Source: Candidatus Methanosuratincola verstraetei
Lineage (GTDB): Archaea; Thermoproteota; Methanomethylicia; Methanomethylicales; Methanomethylicaceae
Direction: 5' to 3'
Length of the DNA: 64,000 bases
NCBI GenBank assembly: GCA_049570475.1
Contig: CP186953.1
Location: 1,152,001 to 1,216,000 of the forward strand
Part shown: in pieces, positions 27,235 to 37,832 of the stretch
Position numbering within the stretch: position 1 is the stretch's first letter
Layout: each line of letters starts with the position of its first letter
Position numbers and translations under genes: made by a program
The notes under the pieces: generated by a model
Databases searched by the model: none
Told to the model about the DNA's origin: nothing
What the model saw: the letters and a program-made list of their open reading frames with translations, nothing else

Positions 27235-27299
27235 GGCGGATGAAGTGACGATGGTCTCTTGAGCACCAGCTGTGAGAGGCTGATGGGCGAACTGACGCC
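27235..27299 (+). ncRNA. Possible C/D box methylation guide sRNA
   Basis: GGCG/CGCC terminal stem enclosing a C-like GAUGAAG, D'-like UUGA, C'-like GUGAGA and a perfect CUGA D box, with 12-14 nt guides; intergenic. Confidence 0.45.
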
Positions 27300-27404
27300 T
27301 TAATTCTGGGGCACTTCGGTGCGGGTCAGCGACAGGGAGCTTCGCATAAGAGATATATACTTGACGCAGAATTTTAACGCATCCTACATTAGGAGGAAAA
27401 AGAC

Positions 27405-28991
27405 TTGTTGAAAAAGGTCCTTGTAGCCAACAGAGGAGAGATCGCCCTTCGTGTCATAAGGGCGTGCAAGGAGATGGAGATCAAGACCGTGGCGGTTTAT
27501 TCCGACGCGGATGCAAACGCAAAGTTCGTATACTATGCTGATGAGGCGGTGCCCATCGGTCCCGGCCCTGCGGCTCAGAGCTACCTCAAGATGGAGAAGA
27601 TCATCGAGGTCGCAAAGCAGACAGGCGCAGAGGGCATCCACCCCGGATACGGCTTCCTTGCCCAGAACGCAAAGTTCGTCAGGATGTGCGAGGAAGCAGG
27701 AATAGAGTTCATCGGGCCAAAGGCGAAGGCCCAGGAGCTCCTCGGCGACAAGCTAGGCGCCAGGAGGAGCATGGAGAAGGCGGGCATCCCAATCGTCCCA
27801 GGTGCGCTGGATGCGGTCCAGGACGACAAGGATGCGCTAGAGACCGCAGAGAAGGCAGGTTACCCTGTGATGGTCAAGCCCGCGGGCGGAGGCGGCGGCA
27901 TCGGGATGCAGGTGTGCAGGTCCAAGGACGAGCTGATCGAGGCGATCAAGAAGGCGCAGCGCCTGGCAGCCTCAGCGTTCTCGAGGCCCGAGGTCTACAT
28001 CGAGAAGTACATCGAGAGGCCGAGGCACATCGAGATCCAGATACTCGCGGACAAGAAGGGCAACTGCATCTACCTCGGAGAGAGGGAGTGCTCGATCCAG
28101 AGGAGGCACCAGAAGCTCATCGAGGAGGCGCCATCCCCGGTCATGTACCTTGATCCGGACCTGAGGAGGAGGATGGGCGAGACCGCCGTCAAGGTCGCGA
28201 AGGTAGCAGGGTACGAGAACGCAGGAACGTGCGAGTTCCTCTACTCTGACGTGACCAAGGAATTCTACTTCCTCGAGGTCAACAGCAGGCTCCAAGTCGA
28301 GCACCCGGTCACAGAGCTGGTTACCGGCATCGACATTGTGAAGGAGCAGCTCAAGATCGCGTCCGGCGAGCCGATGTCCTACGGTCAGAACGATGTGAAG
28401 ATAACCGGGCATGCGATCGAATGCCGCATCAACGCGGAGGACCCGCTGAACAACTTCGTTCCTTCGATCGGTCTGATAACCAACTACATCGAGCCCGGCG
28501 GCATAGGCATAAGGGTCGACAGTGGAATTTATGCAGGCTACACCATCCCGCCGTTCTACGACTCGCTTGCGGTGAAGCTGCTGACCTGGGGCAGGGACAG
28601 GATGGAGGCGATCATGAGGATGCGCCGCGCCCTTGACGAGTTCGTGATCGAGGGCATCCAGACCGTGATCCCGTTCCACAAGGTGATGATGAGGGACGAA
28701 GAGTTCATAGCTGGGCACCTGCACACCGAGCTCATCGCAGAGAGGAACATACTCGACAAGGTAAAGACCCAGGTGGATGCAGACAACGCCTGGAAGAAGA
28801 GCAAGGAGAACGTGCTTGCAAAGCTCGCAGCGAAGCCGGCTGAGGCGCCAGCAGCGGCAGGGGCTCCCGTGACCGACAAGAAGACAGTCGCCCTTGCAGC
28901 CGCTATAGCCTCGTACATCAACAGCAAGCCTCAGAGGCAGCCCGTGAGCAGCGGCTGGGTGATCTCAGGCAGAGTTAAGTCTGCCCGTTGA
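27405..28991 (+). CDS. accC: Biotin carboxylase subunit of an acyl-CoA carboxylase
   Basis: [60 protein letters not shown]. Confidence 0.93.
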   Translation: MLKKVLVANRGEIALRVIRACKEMEIKTVAVYSDADANAKFVYYADEAVPIGPGPAAQSYLKMEKIIEVAKQTGAEGIHPGYGFLAQNAKFVRMCEEAGIEFIGPKAKAQELLGDKLGARRSMEKAGIPIVPGALDAVQDDKDALETAEKAGYPVMVKPAGGGGGIGMQVCRSKDELIEAIKKAQRLAASAFSRPEVYIEKYIERPRHIEIQILADKKGNCIYLGERECSIQRRHQKLIEEAPSPVMYLDPDLRRRMGETAVKVAKVAGYENAGTCEFLYSDVTKEFYFLEVNSRLQVEHPVTELVTGIDIVKEQLKIASGEPMSYGQNDVKITGHAIECRINAEDPLNNFVPSIGLITNYIEPGGIGIRVDSGIYAGYTIPPFYDSLAVKLLTWGRDRMEAIMRMRRALDEFVIEGIQTVIPFHKVMMRDEEFIAGHLHTELIAERNILDKVKTQVDADNAWKKSKENVLAKLAAKPAEAPAAAGAPVTDKKTVALAAAIASYINSKPQRQPVSSGWVISGRVKSAR

Positions 28992-29008
28992 ATTGAGGGG
29001 TGTTCTGA

Positions 29009-29419
29009 ATGGCAAAGACAAGCAAATTCCAGTTGAGCCTTGGGAATGTGCAGTACAGCGTTGACCTGACCGAGCGCGCCTACGGGCTCTACGACGTCAA
29101 GGTCAACGACGAGCTCTTCAAGATAAACATAGCCGACCTGATGTCCCCGTCCCTCCAGGCTGCGGGCGCAGCCGGAGGGGCAGGTGGTGCAGGCGGTGCG
29201 CCCGCTGCGGGCAACCTCTGCGCAGCCATGCCTGGGACTGTGATGACGATCAAGTGCAAGCCCGGTGACGAAGTAAAGCCTGGCGACGTCCTGCTGACCC
29301 TCGAGACGATGAAGATGGAGAACCCGATAAAGTCCAACAGGGCAGGCAAGGTTAAGGAGATCAAGGTGGCCCCAGGGAAGTTCGTGAACGTTGGGGACAC
29401 GCTGATAGTGTTTGAGTAA
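29009..29419 (+). CDS. accB: Biotin carboxyl carrier protein
   Basis: Ala/Gly linker, [14 protein letters not shown] biotinylation motif. Confidence 0.9.
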   Translation: MAKTSKFQLSLGNVQYSVDLTERAYGLYDVKVNDELFKINIADLMSPSLQAAGAAGGAGGAGGAPAAGNLCAAMPGTVMTIKCKPGDEVKPGDVLLTLETMKMENPIKSNRAGKVKEIKVAPGKFVNVGDTLIVFE

Positions 29420-29435
29420 TGGAGGAGACCAAGAA

Positions 29436-31010
29436 ATGGCATTCCAAACCTTACCGGAGAAATTCAAGGAATTGGCAGATCTAAAAGAGAAGAAGAAGCT
29501 TGGTGGAGGAAAGGAGGCGATCGACAAGCAGCACGCCGCCGGGAAGCTGACCGCCAGGGAGCGGATCGAGAAGCTCCTTGACCCGGGCAGCTTTGTCGAG
29601 ATCGACGAGTTCGTTGTCCACAGGTGCTATGACTTCGGCATGGAGAAGAAGAAGGCGCTCGGTGATGCTGTCGTCACCGGATATGGCACGATCAACGGCA
29701 GGACCGTATTCGTCTACTCGCAGGACTTCACATTCGTTGGCGGATCGCTCAGCGAGATGCAGGCGAAGAAGATAACCAAAATCCAGGACATGGCGCTCAA
29801 GGCAGGTTGCCCTGTGATCGGGCTAAACGACTCGGGCGGAGCCAGGATCCAAGAAGGGATCAACTCGCTAGCCGGATACGGCGAGATATTCTACAGGAAC
29901 GTCATGGCATCCGGAGTGATCCCGCAGATCATTGCAATCATGGGTCCATGCGCGGGCGGCGCAGTCTACTCGCCTGCACTTGCGGACTTCATCTACATGG
30001 TCAAGAAGACTAGCTACATGTTCATTACCGGGCCAAAGGTAGTCAAGGCGGCAATCGGCGAGGACGTGACCTTCGAGGCTCTGGGAGGCGCAGAGGCGCA
30101 CGCAAAGCTGAGCGGTGTCGCGACAATGGCATGCGAGAATGACGAGGACTGCATCAAGCACATCAAGACGCTTCTGAGCTACCTGCCATCTAACAACATG
30201 GACGACGCGCCTATAGTCGAGTGCGGAGATCCGCCGGACAGGATGGACGAGGCACTTAACGAGGTAGTGCCTGCGGATCCGAAGAAGCCATACGACGTAC
30301 ACGACGTCATCAACTTCGTGTTCGACAAGGGCTCATTCTACGAGCTCCAGCCCATGTACGCTCCAAACGCAGTCATAGGGTTCGCGAGGCTCAACGGAAG
30401 GAGCGTCGGCGTAATTGCAAATCAACCGATGGTCTATGCGGGTTGCCTTGATATCGACTCTTCTGACAAAATAGCCCGATTCGTCAGGACTTGCGACGCA
30501 TTCAACATCCCGCTGATCACCTTCGTTGATGTGCCGGGCTACCTGCCGGGGACGAAGCAGGAGCACGGCGGCGTCATCAGGCATGGTGCAAAGGTCATCT
30601 ATGCATACTCCGAAGCGACGGTCCCGAAGTTGACCGTGATCATGCGCAAGAGCTACGGTGGCGGCTACATCGCAATGTGCAGCAGGCACCTGGGCGCGGA
30701 TGTCGTGTTCGCCTGGCCGACCGCGGAGATCGCTGTGATGGGTCCTGAGGGTGCAGTCGAGATCATCCACAGGAACGAGCTCATGAAGGCGAAGACTCCC
30801 GAGGAAGTCAAGGAGATCACAAACAGGCTAGCCGCGGAATACAGGAACAAGTTCGCGAATCCGTACATAGCTGCAAACATGGGCTACGTCGACGCGGTGA
30901 TCCTGCCGAAGGAGACCCGCCCAATGCTCATCAAGGCGCTAGACGCTCTCTCTACCAAGAGGGATCTCCAGGCAAGGCCCCCGAAGAGGCACGGGAACAT
31001 CCCCGTCTAA
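29436..31010 (+). CDS. Carboxyltransferase subunit (propionyl-CoA carboxylase beta / methylmalonyl-CoA decarboxylase alpha family)
   Basis: [53 protein letters not shown]. Confidence 0.93.
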   Translation: MAFQTLPEKFKELADLKEKKKLGGGKEAIDKQHAAGKLTARERIEKLLDPGSFVEIDEFVVHRCYDFGMEKKKALGDAVVTGYGTINGRTVFVYSQDFTFVGGSLSEMQAKKITKIQDMALKAGCPVIGLNDSGGARIQEGINSLAGYGEIFYRNVMASGVIPQIIAIMGPCAGGAVYSPALADFIYMVKKTSYMFITGPKVVKAAIGEDVTFEALGGAEAHAKLSGVATMACENDEDCIKHIKTLLSYLPSNNMDDAPIVECGDPPDRMDEALNEVVPADPKKPYDVHDVINFVFDKGSFYELQPMYAPNAVIGFARLNGRSVGVIANQPMVYAGCLDIDSSDKIARFVRTCDAFNIPLITFVDVPGYLPGTKQEHGGVIRHGAKVIYAYSEATVPKLTVIMRKSYGGGYIAMCSRHLGADVVFAWPTAEIAVMGPEGAVEIIHRNELMKAKTPEEVKEITNRLAAEYRNKFANPYIAANMGYVDAVILPKETRPMLIKALDALSTKRDLQARPPKRHGNIPV

Positions 31011-31030
31011 TTTTTTCCTTTTTTCCCTTG
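31011..31030 (+). terminator. Oligo-T terminator of the carboxylase operon
   Basis: TTTTTTCCTTTTTT directly after the stop codon. Confidence 0.55.
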
Positions 31031-31193
31031 TTTCGAGTCTTTTAACCGAAGCTCTTACCATTTTCCACTTGATTCTTGTTGCGATTAATGCTGCTCACCG
31101 CCTGCGGTCCAAAGCTGCCCAGCCCGACTCCATAGAAAATCGCAATTTTTATCTATATGGTGCTGTTTCCCTACAACAAAAGGAGGAACCATT

Positions 31194-32393
31194 GTGAAGA
31201 GACCACTAGAGGGTATTAGAGTCCTTAGTCTGACAGGAGCCCTATTCGGACCGTACTGCGGTATGGTCCTAGCAGACCTGGGGGCAGAAGTCATCAAGGT
31301 AGAGAGGCCGATATACGGCGACATGAACCGGGAGTGGGGCCCGTTCTTCCCCAACGTCCAGGGGCCCGACAAGAGTGCCTACTACGTGAGCATCCACAGG
31401 AACCACAAGGGCATAACGCTCAACCTGAAAGACCCCAAGGGGAGGGAGATCCTGAAGGAGCTCGTCAAGAGGAGCGACGTCCTGATAGAGAACTTCAAGC
31501 CGGGCACGCTTGACGAGTGGGGTCTGGGTTATGAGGACCTGAAGAAGGTTAACCCCAAGCTCATCTACGCATGCGGATCGGGATTCGGGCACACCGGACC
31601 TTACAGCAAGTGGCCCAGCTATGACATAATTGGCCAGGCGATGGGCGGCTTCATGGACATGAACGGATGGCCGGACAAGCCCCCAGCGCGGGCTGGCTCG
31701 TCCATAGGCGACATCGTCTCCGGGATGTTCCTGGCGATCGGCGTCCTGGCAGCGCTCAGGTACCGCGAGTGCACAGGCAAGGGCCAGAAGGTGGATGTTG
31801 CCCAGGTAGACTCGATGGTTGCAGTTCTGGAGAACGCAGTGGTCAGGTACACCCTCGAGGGTAAGATTCCGACAAGGATCGGCTCGAAGCACCCAACGAT
31901 CACCCCGTTCGACATCTTCCAAGCAAAGGACGGCTACGTCGTGATCGCCGCTGGGAATGACGCAATATTCAAGAGGTTCTGCACGGCGATAGGCAAGCCT
32001 GAGTGGATTACCGATCCGCGCTTCGACACCAACCCGCACAGGTGCGCGAACGAGCCGATACTTAAGCAGATGATCGAGGAATACACGAAGCCAAGGACTA
32101 GGTGGGAGGTCGCGAAGCTCCTGCTGGAGAACGACGTGCCTTCTGCGCCGGTCTACAACGTCGGCGAGGCTGTCGAGGATCCGCACGTGAACGCGAGGGA
32201 GATGATAATCGAGCTCGACCAGCCCCAGTACGGGAAGGTGAGGGTGGCTGGCTGCCCGATAAAGTTCTCCGAGTCCCCGATTAAGAGGTTCGACCCTGCG
32301 CCGCTGCTTGGCCAGCACAACAAGGAGATACTCGCCTCGCTCGGGTACTCAGAGGCCGAAATAGAGGAGTTCAAGAAGAAAGGGATTATCTAA
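31194..32393 (+). CDS. Family III CoA-transferase (CaiB/BaiF)
   Basis: PLEGIRV, LADLGAEVIKVE, DVLIENFKPG, SGFGHTGPY, APLLGQH. Confidence 0.93.
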   Translation: MKRPLEGIRVLSLTGALFGPYCGMVLADLGAEVIKVERPIYGDMNREWGPFFPNVQGPDKSAYYVSIHRNHKGITLNLKDPKGREILKELVKRSDVLIENFKPGTLDEWGLGYEDLKKVNPKLIYACGSGFGHTGPYSKWPSYDIIGQAMGGFMDMNGWPDKPPARAGSSIGDIVSGMFLAIGVLAALRYRECTGKGQKVDVAQVDSMVAVLENAVVRYTLEGKIPTRIGSKHPTITPFDIFQAKDGYVVIAAGNDAIFKRFCTAIGKPEWITDPRFDTNPHRCANEPILKQMIEEYTKPRTRWEVAKLLLENDVPSAPVYNVGEAVEDPHVNAREMIIELDQPQYGKVRVAGCPIKFSESPIKRFDPAPLLGQHNKEILASLGYSEAEIEEFKKKGII

Positions 32394-32424
32394 ACCCTTC
32401 CATATTTTTTATTGGCGAAACACC

Positions 32425-33381
32425 TTGCGCCCCCTGGATCGGCTTCTGGCAGAGGGCAAGTTCTTCTCAGGATCGGTTGCCGCTTCCCAGATGGGGGTGT
32501 CGAGGGCGGCGGTGTCGAAGCAGATCGCGCGCCTTAGGAAAGAGGGTTACCTCATAGAATCCGTGAGGGGGAAGGGCTACTTGCTTGTGCCCAGGTTCGA
32601 CGGGCTTCTCCCCCTGGAGATCCTGGCAAGGCTCAGGACCCGCGTGCTCGGCAGGAACCCGACACTGCTGGACACGGTCGACTCGACGCAGAACTTCCTG
32701 AGGGGGCTGGCTGAGCAGGGGGCGGCGGAGGGCACGCTCGTAGTTGCCCTTGAGCAGCGGTCCGGTAAGGGCAGGGCATCCCGGTGCTGGTCATCTCCGC
32801 CAGGCGGTCTTTGGTTCAGCCTCCTGCTGCGCCCCTCCCTGCCGATTCACCAGGTTTCCATTCTAACACTCATGTTCGGCGTAGCAGTAGCTAGGGCCCT
32901 GATGCTGCACGGAATACCCGCATCCCTCAAGTGGCCGAATGACGTTCTTGTCAGGGGGAGGAAGATATGCGGCATACTCCTGGAGGCCTCCTCTGATCCC
33001 GAGAAAGTGGAGTATGTCATCGCGGGCATCGGACTCAACGTAAACTTCTCCACCGCGGATCTGCCGGATGAGGTCAAGGAAAGGGCCGTCTCCGCGCTCG
33101 ACATATTGGGGAGGCGGCTGGACCGGGCGGAGCTGCTTTCGACAATACTGATGCACGCCGAGGCGATGTACGAGGGGCTGCCCTCTTCGATAAGCGGAAT
33201 ACTGGATGCTTGGCGCCTCTTCTCCTGCACCCTGGGTGCGCCGGTGACGATAAGCTCCTACGGCAGGATCATCGAAGGGAAGGCTCTTGACGTAGCCCAG
33301 GACGGGGCCCTCCTGGTCGAGACTGAGGGAGGCGTCGAGAAGGTCTATTCTGGCGACGTGACCATAAAAAGCACCGCTTAA
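32425..33381 (+). CDS. birA: Bifunctional biotin-protein ligase / repressor with N-terminal HTH
   Basis: GVSRAAVSKQI HTH, DSTQ, QRSGKGR..R.W.SP, LKWPND, KICGIL, GIGLNV. Confidence 0.92.
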   Translation: MRPLDRLLAEGKFFSGSVAASQMGVSRAAVSKQIARLRKEGYLIESVRGKGYLLVPRFDGLLPLEILARLRTRVLGRNPTLLDTVDSTQNFLRGLAEQGAAEGTLVVALEQRSGKGRASRCWSSPPGGLWFSLLLRPSLPIHQVSILTLMFGVAVARALMLHGIPASLKWPNDVLVRGRKICGILLEASSDPEKVEYVIAGIGLNVNFSTADLPDEVKERAVSALDILGRRLDRAELLSTILMHAEAMYEGLPSSISGILDAWRLFSCTLGAPVTISSYGRIIEGKALDVAQDGALLVETEGGVEKVYSGDVTIKSTA

Positions 33382-33456
33382 TTCTCGCTTTTTGGCTGCC
33401 CGGGCGCAAAGTTGGGCAAAAAAAATCAGTGACAAAAAAGCGGGTGCGGAGCCTGT

Positions 33457-34689
33457 TCAGCAAGGCTCCTGGGGGCTGCTCTTCCTCTCCAGCAGCGCCA
33501 GCTTCGCCCTTATCTCCTCCTGCAGCCGCTCCGGGAGACCCGGGAGGCCCGGATCGAGGAAGCCCTTGACGAGCACACCAATCGCCTGCTCCGGTTGGAT
33601 GCCCCTGGCCATGAGGTAGTGGAGCTGCTCCTCCTGGAGCCTGCCGATCGCAGCCTCGTGCGAGAGCTCAGTGTCCGAGTGCTCGGCGACGAGCTCGGGT
33701 ATAGCGGTAATCGAGGAAGTCGGGCAGAGTATCATCCCCCTGCACTCAAGGTGCCCCTTGGTGTTCCTGTTCTGACCTATTATCTGCCCCCTGTTGTAGA
33801 CCTTCGATGTCCCAGTCGAGACCACCTTGAATATTGACTCCCCGGATGTCCCTTCCGCCATCAGGTAAATCCTGTTCCCGAGGTCGATTATCGAGTCCTT
33901 GCTTGCGTAGATTATCGAGTTGAACTTCGCCTTCGCGTCCTTGCCTACCAGGTGTGCTGTCGGGTAGCTCTGGATGTCCCTCACCGGCTTTATCATCACG
34001 TAATTGGAGATGAATGTGCCGCCCTCCTCGACTATAACGCCCGTCCTGGGCCTAACGTACGCCTCGTCGGACCAGCTGTGTATCATCGTGAAGACGAGGG
34101 TGGCGTTCTTCTTAACATAGAACTCGCTCACGCCGACGTGGGCGACCGTCTTGACCCTGCTGTCTGCGGTGCAACCTGTGATCACGTTGAGCTCGGACCC
34201 CTCCTCGGCGATTATTATATTGTGGGGCGCCTGGAGGACGCCCTCCGTGCCTATGTACAGGCAGGCCTGGATCGGCTGCTCGACCTTCTCGTTCGGGGCA
34301 GACCTGATGAAGTACCCCTTGGTCTGCCTGAGCTCCGCTATCGCCGTGTACTTGTCCTGCGAGACCGAGAGCGCCTTCCAGTAGTAGCCCTTCAGCCAGT
34401 CGTACTTGTTGAGGGCCTCGTCTGTGGTCATCATCTCGACGCCCTTGATCCTCGATGCAATCTGGCTGAGCAGCACGGAATGGTCGACCTGGAAGTATGT
34501 CCCTCCCTTCTTCCCCTCAACGTCGACACCCACTTCGAGTCCCTTCTTCTTCACGTCCTCGTCGATACCTCTCTCGCCCTTGGGGATTGTGACGAAGTCG
34601 CTGAGGTCAATGTCGTTCCCAAAGGTCGCCCGCTTGGTTACCGCCTGGAGCGCCTCAAGCCTGTACTTCTTCCTCCATTCATCGCTCAT
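33457..34689 (-). CDS. sufB: SufB/SufD-family Fe-S scaffold (SmsB-like)
   Basis: HNIIIAEEGSE, GHLECRG, IPEL, LSHEAAIGRL..EQL.YLMARGI. Confidence 0.9.
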   Translation of the reverse strand: MSDEWRKKYRLEALQAVTKRATFGNDIDLSDFVTIPKGERGIDEDVKKKGLEVGVDVEGKKGGTYFQVDHSVLLSQIASRIKGVEMMTTDEALNKYDWLKGYYWKALSVSQDKYTAIAELRQTKGYFIRSAPNEKVEQPIQACLYIGTEGVLQAPHNIIIAEEGSELNVITGCTADSRVKTVAHVGVSEFYVKKNATLVFTMIHSWSDEAYVRPRTGVIVEEGGTFISNYVMIKPVRDIQSYPTAHLVGKDAKAKFNSIIYASKDSIIDLGNRIYLMAEGTSGESIFKVVSTGTSKVYNRGQIIGQNRNTKGHLECRGMILCPTSSITAIPELVAEHSDTELSHEAAIGRLQEEQLHYLMARGIQPEQAIGVLVKGFLDPGLPGLPERLQEEIRAKLALLERKSSPQEPC

Positions 34690-35438
34690 GTGTTCGAAGC
34701 CTCCTTTATCAGCCTCTCATACCCCAGCTCCTCTATCTTTGGCATCAGCTCCTCGTAGCTGCCTGTTAGCGCGATCTTCCCGCCTGAGAGGATGTGCATC
34801 CTGCTCGGCTTCAGATACTGGAGGATGTGCCGGTGGTGCGTGATTATCATCATGCTGCACTTTTCCGTCCTGAAGTACTCCTGCAGGCTGTTCCCGAGCA
34901 CCTTCAGCGAGTCGATGTCCACTCCGCTGTCGGGCTCGTCAAGTATCATCAGCTTGGGCTTCATTGCGAATATCTGCGCGAGCTCTGACCTCTTCCTCTC
35001 CCCCCCTGAGAAGCCGACGTTCACTTCCCTGTCGAGGTACTTCTCCGGCTCCAGGTTCACCTTCCTCAGGATCTTCTTGGGGAGGTCGGGGTCGTCCCCG
35101 GGCTTCGGCTGCCAGGGGTTCATCCCTGCGGACAGCGAGATCATGTGCCCGAGCTTTATCCCCCTGATTGCCGGCGGGGACTGGAACGCAAGGGCCATCC
35201 CCATCCTTGCCCGCTCGTCGATGCTCTTCGAGGTGATGTCTTCCCCCTCAAAGAGTATCTTGCCCTTGCTCACCTGGTACTGCGGGAAACCGGCCAGAGT
35301 GAGGGCGAGTGTCGTCTTGCCTGAGGCATTGTGCCCCATTATCGCCACTATCTCGCCGTACTCCATTTCCAGGTCTATCCCTTTCAGAAGCTCCTTCCCT
35401 TCCACGGTCACGTGGAGATCTTGGACACTGAGCAGCAC
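34686..35438 (-). CDS. sufC: SufC Fe-S assembly ABC ATPase (SmsC-like)
   Basis: GHNASGKTT, AFQSPP, VNVGFSGGERKRSE, LDEPDSGVDID, IITH. Confidence 0.92.
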   Translation of the reverse strand: MLLSVQDLHVTVEGKELLKGIDLEMEYGEIVAIMGHNASGKTTLALTLAGFPQYQVSKGKILFEGEDITSKSIDERARMGMALAFQSPPAIRGIKLGHMISLSAGMNPWQPKPGDDPDLPKKILRKVNLEPEKYLDREVNVGFSGGERKRSELAQIFAMKPKLMILDEPDSGVDIDSLKVLGNSLQEYFRTEKCSMMIITHHRHILQYLKPSRMHILSGGKIALTGSYEELMPKIEELGYERLIKEASNT

Positions 35439-35493
35439 TTTTCATGCCCCCAAAACAATCGAACTTGCACTCATAGTAGCTCTCCTCAAACGC

Positions 35494-36318
35494 TTAATAA
35501 CTTAACGGCGTTATTTTATGGGAACAGCTCATCCTGCACTCGTAGCAGCTCTCTTCCTCCACCTGGAGTGCTGGCTCGCCCTTTATCGAGAGGAGCGATT
35601 TCCAAGCCTCCTCGATCGACACGGCGTCGCCCTCGACCACATAGCACCTGCCCCCCTCGGCCCCGTTTACGCCCCCTCCACCGACCGGTATGCACCTGCA
35701 CCCGAAGAGGGTCCTTACGGCTTCCATCTCGGTCACCACCCTGCCCGGGATCTGCATCATCCCAACGGGCATGCGCATCGCAGCTGCGAACCTCCTGTTC
35801 CCCATCTCCGGGATTATGTCAGAAATCGGTAACGGGACAAGCTTCTCGAGGCTAACCGGCACGACAACCTGGACGCCCCTGGCAAGCAGCGTCCCTATGC
35901 TCATGCCCATGGTGCCGCCGGTGGGTGATCCGAGGTAGACTCCTGCGTTGCCCCAAGGATCCACCGCGTTAGCCCCCTTGATGAAGACATCTTGGGGGCC
36001 AAGATCATCGAGCACATCCTTGATCCTCTGCCCCGTCTCCACGCCGTTGGAGATGACGACCTCAGGCATCCGCGCTGATGCCTTCGAGACGCAGGTTCCG
36101 CGGCCCGTCACAATCCCGATGGCGAACCGCCCCCTGTCTATCCTCTCGCCGGTGATCTCTTCATACACGTACGCATTGGTTGTTCCTGGGGCGATCACGA
36201 CAGTGCCATCGGCCATTGCACGCCTCACCTGGGGCAGCGAGGAGACGCCCCTGCCTATTAGCCTCTTCGCCTCGGGTGGGGTGAGCGTGACGAGGATCCT
36301 TTGGCTTTCCATGATCAT
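35494..36318 (-). CDS. Conserved hypothetical protein with C-terminal CxxCxxxC
   Basis: LTPPEAKRLIGRG, GTTNAYV, FIKGANAVD, SLEKL motifs resembling an uncharacterised anaerobe family. Confidence 0.7.
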   Translation of the reverse strand: MIMESQRILVTLTPPEAKRLIGRGVSSLPQVRRAMADGTVVIAPGTTNAYVYEEITGERIDRGRFAIGIVTGRGTCVSKASARMPEVVISNGVETGQRIKDVLDDLGPQDVFIKGANAVDPWGNAGVYLGSPTGGTMGMSIGTLLARGVQVVVPVSLEKLVPLPISDIIPEMGNRRFAAAMRMPVGMMQIPGRVVTEMEAVRTLFGCRCIPVGGGGVNGAEGGRCYVVEGDAVSIEEAWKSLLSIKGEPALQVEEESCYECRMSCSHKITPLSY

Positions 36319-36376
36319 GACTAGTCCATCCAAAAAGTTATATGTTTTTGCCCGGTATTTGCACAAGGTAGTGTTG

Positions 36377-37069
36377 ATGAGCAGGCAGGCTTTCGTTCTA
36401 CCCACCATCGGGGTCGTGCTCTTAGCGTTCTTCTTCCTGATAATAATCCTTGCGCCCTTGATGATCTTGGGGCTGGTCGGGCAGGCGCTGAAGAATTACG
36501 GACTCGGGTGGGGCTCTTTCCTTACATTCCTCCTCCTCAGCCTCGCGGGCAGCTCGATAAACATCCCCATCTGGCGGAGCAGGGTCGCATCCGCCGCGCC
36601 CACCGTCAGGTACGTCTACTTCTTCGGGATACCTTACCCTGTCCCCACAGTCGAGAGGAGGGTCCTCGAGAGCGTCCTCTCGATAAACCTTGGGGGGGCG
36701 ATAATGCCGATCATCCTCTCCGCCTATCTCCTCTTGGCAAACCCCGGGGCCGCCGCCCCAGCCCTCGTCTCCACCGTTGTCGTTTCCTTGGTGGTCTACT
36801 TCATTGCGAAGCCTGTAAGCGGCGTAGGGATAGTCACGCCGATGTTCATCCCCCCTCTGGTCGCCGCGGTCTCTGCCCTGGCATTCGGGGGGCAGTATTC
36901 GGTGGTGGTTGCGTATGCTGGGGGCACGATAGGGACGCTGATTGGTGCGGACCTGCTCCACCTGAAAGACATAAGATCCATGGGGGCAGGGAACATGAGC
37001 ATAGGCGGCGCAGGCACCTTCGACGGGATCTTCCTCACCGGGCTCCTCGCGGTGATGCTTGCATTCTGA
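36377..37069 (+). CDS. DUF1614 family membrane protein
   Basis: GSSINIP, INLGGAIMP, GTLIGADL, SIGGAGTFDGIFL. Confidence 0.85.
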   Translation: MSRQAFVLPTIGVVLLAFFFLIIILAPLMILGLVGQALKNYGLGWGSFLTFLLLSLAGSSINIPIWRSRVASAAPTVRYVYFFGIPYPVPTVERRVLESVLSINLGGAIMPIILSAYLLLANPGAAAPALVSTVVVSLVVYFIAKPVSGVGIVTPMFIPPLVAAVSALAFGGQYSVVVAYAGGTIGTLIGADLLHLKDIRSMGAGNMSIGGAGTFDGIFLTGLLAVMLAF

Positions 37070-37079
37070 GGTTTTCGAG

Positions 37080-37766
37080 ATGAGAGTCGCAGCGCTATAC
37101 TCAGGCGGCAAGGACAGCAACCTTGCAGCCTTGAGGGTAAAGTCGGATGGGCACGATCTGGCTTGCCTCATCACTGCATCCCCGATCCGGGCGGACTCTT
37201 ACATGTTCCACGTCCCAAATGTAGCTCTGGCGCGCCACCAGGCAGAGTGCATAGGAGTGCCATGGGTGGAAGTCAAAGTCTCGGGCATCAAGGAGCTGGA
37301 GGTCTTGGAGCTTGCAGAGGCGCTCCCCGGGATAGCCGAGGTTCACCGGATAGACGCGATCGTAACTGGCGCGATAGCGAGCAGGTACCAGAAGGAGAGG
37401 GTCGATGAGGTATGCAAGCGGGCTGGGCTGCTTCACCTCCATCCCCTTTGGGATCAGGACGAGGAGGCCCTGATCAGGGAGATGATCGGGCTCGGCTTCG
37501 AGATCTACTTCACCTCTGTCTCTGCAGAGGGCCTCGGCCCAGAGTGGCTGGGGAGGCGTTTGGATCATGATGCGCTCGAGGACCTGCTCCGCTTGCATTC
37601 AAAGCACGGGATCAATGTATCGGGGGAGGGCGGGGAGTACGAGACATTCGTCTGCGACATGCCGCTTTTCAAAAGCAGGATAAGGATCACCTCCGCGATC
37701 AAGTCTTGGCAAAGGACCTCCGGATATGTCCAGATAACGGGGATTGAGCTGGTCAAAAAGCGTTAG
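37080..37766 (+). CDS. dph6: Diphthine-ammonia ligase (Dph6, PP-loop ATPase)
   Basis: LYSGGKDS, DSYMFH, GAIASRYQK, PLW, GEGGEYETFV. Confidence 0.9.
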   Translation: MRVAALYSGGKDSNLAALRVKSDGHDLACLITASPIRADSYMFHVPNVALARHQAECIGVPWVEVKVSGIKELEVLELAEALPGIAEVHRIDAIVTGAIASRYQKERVDEVCKRAGLLHLHPLWDQDEEALIREMIGLGFEIYFTSVSAEGLGPEWLGRRLDHDALEDLLRLHSKHGINVSGEGGEYETFVCDMPLFKSRIRITSAIKSWQRTSGYVQITGIELVKKR

Positions 37767-37832
37767 GATCGGCGAGAAATACCTTTTTAAACCGACTGGG
37801 TGGAGATAATTGGTGTTTGTTGAGGCGTCCAT

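Noticed and set aside
27300-27404. BirA operator upstream of the carboxylase operon
   Set aside because: No TGTAAC-N14/16-GTTACA-like inverted repeat is visible.
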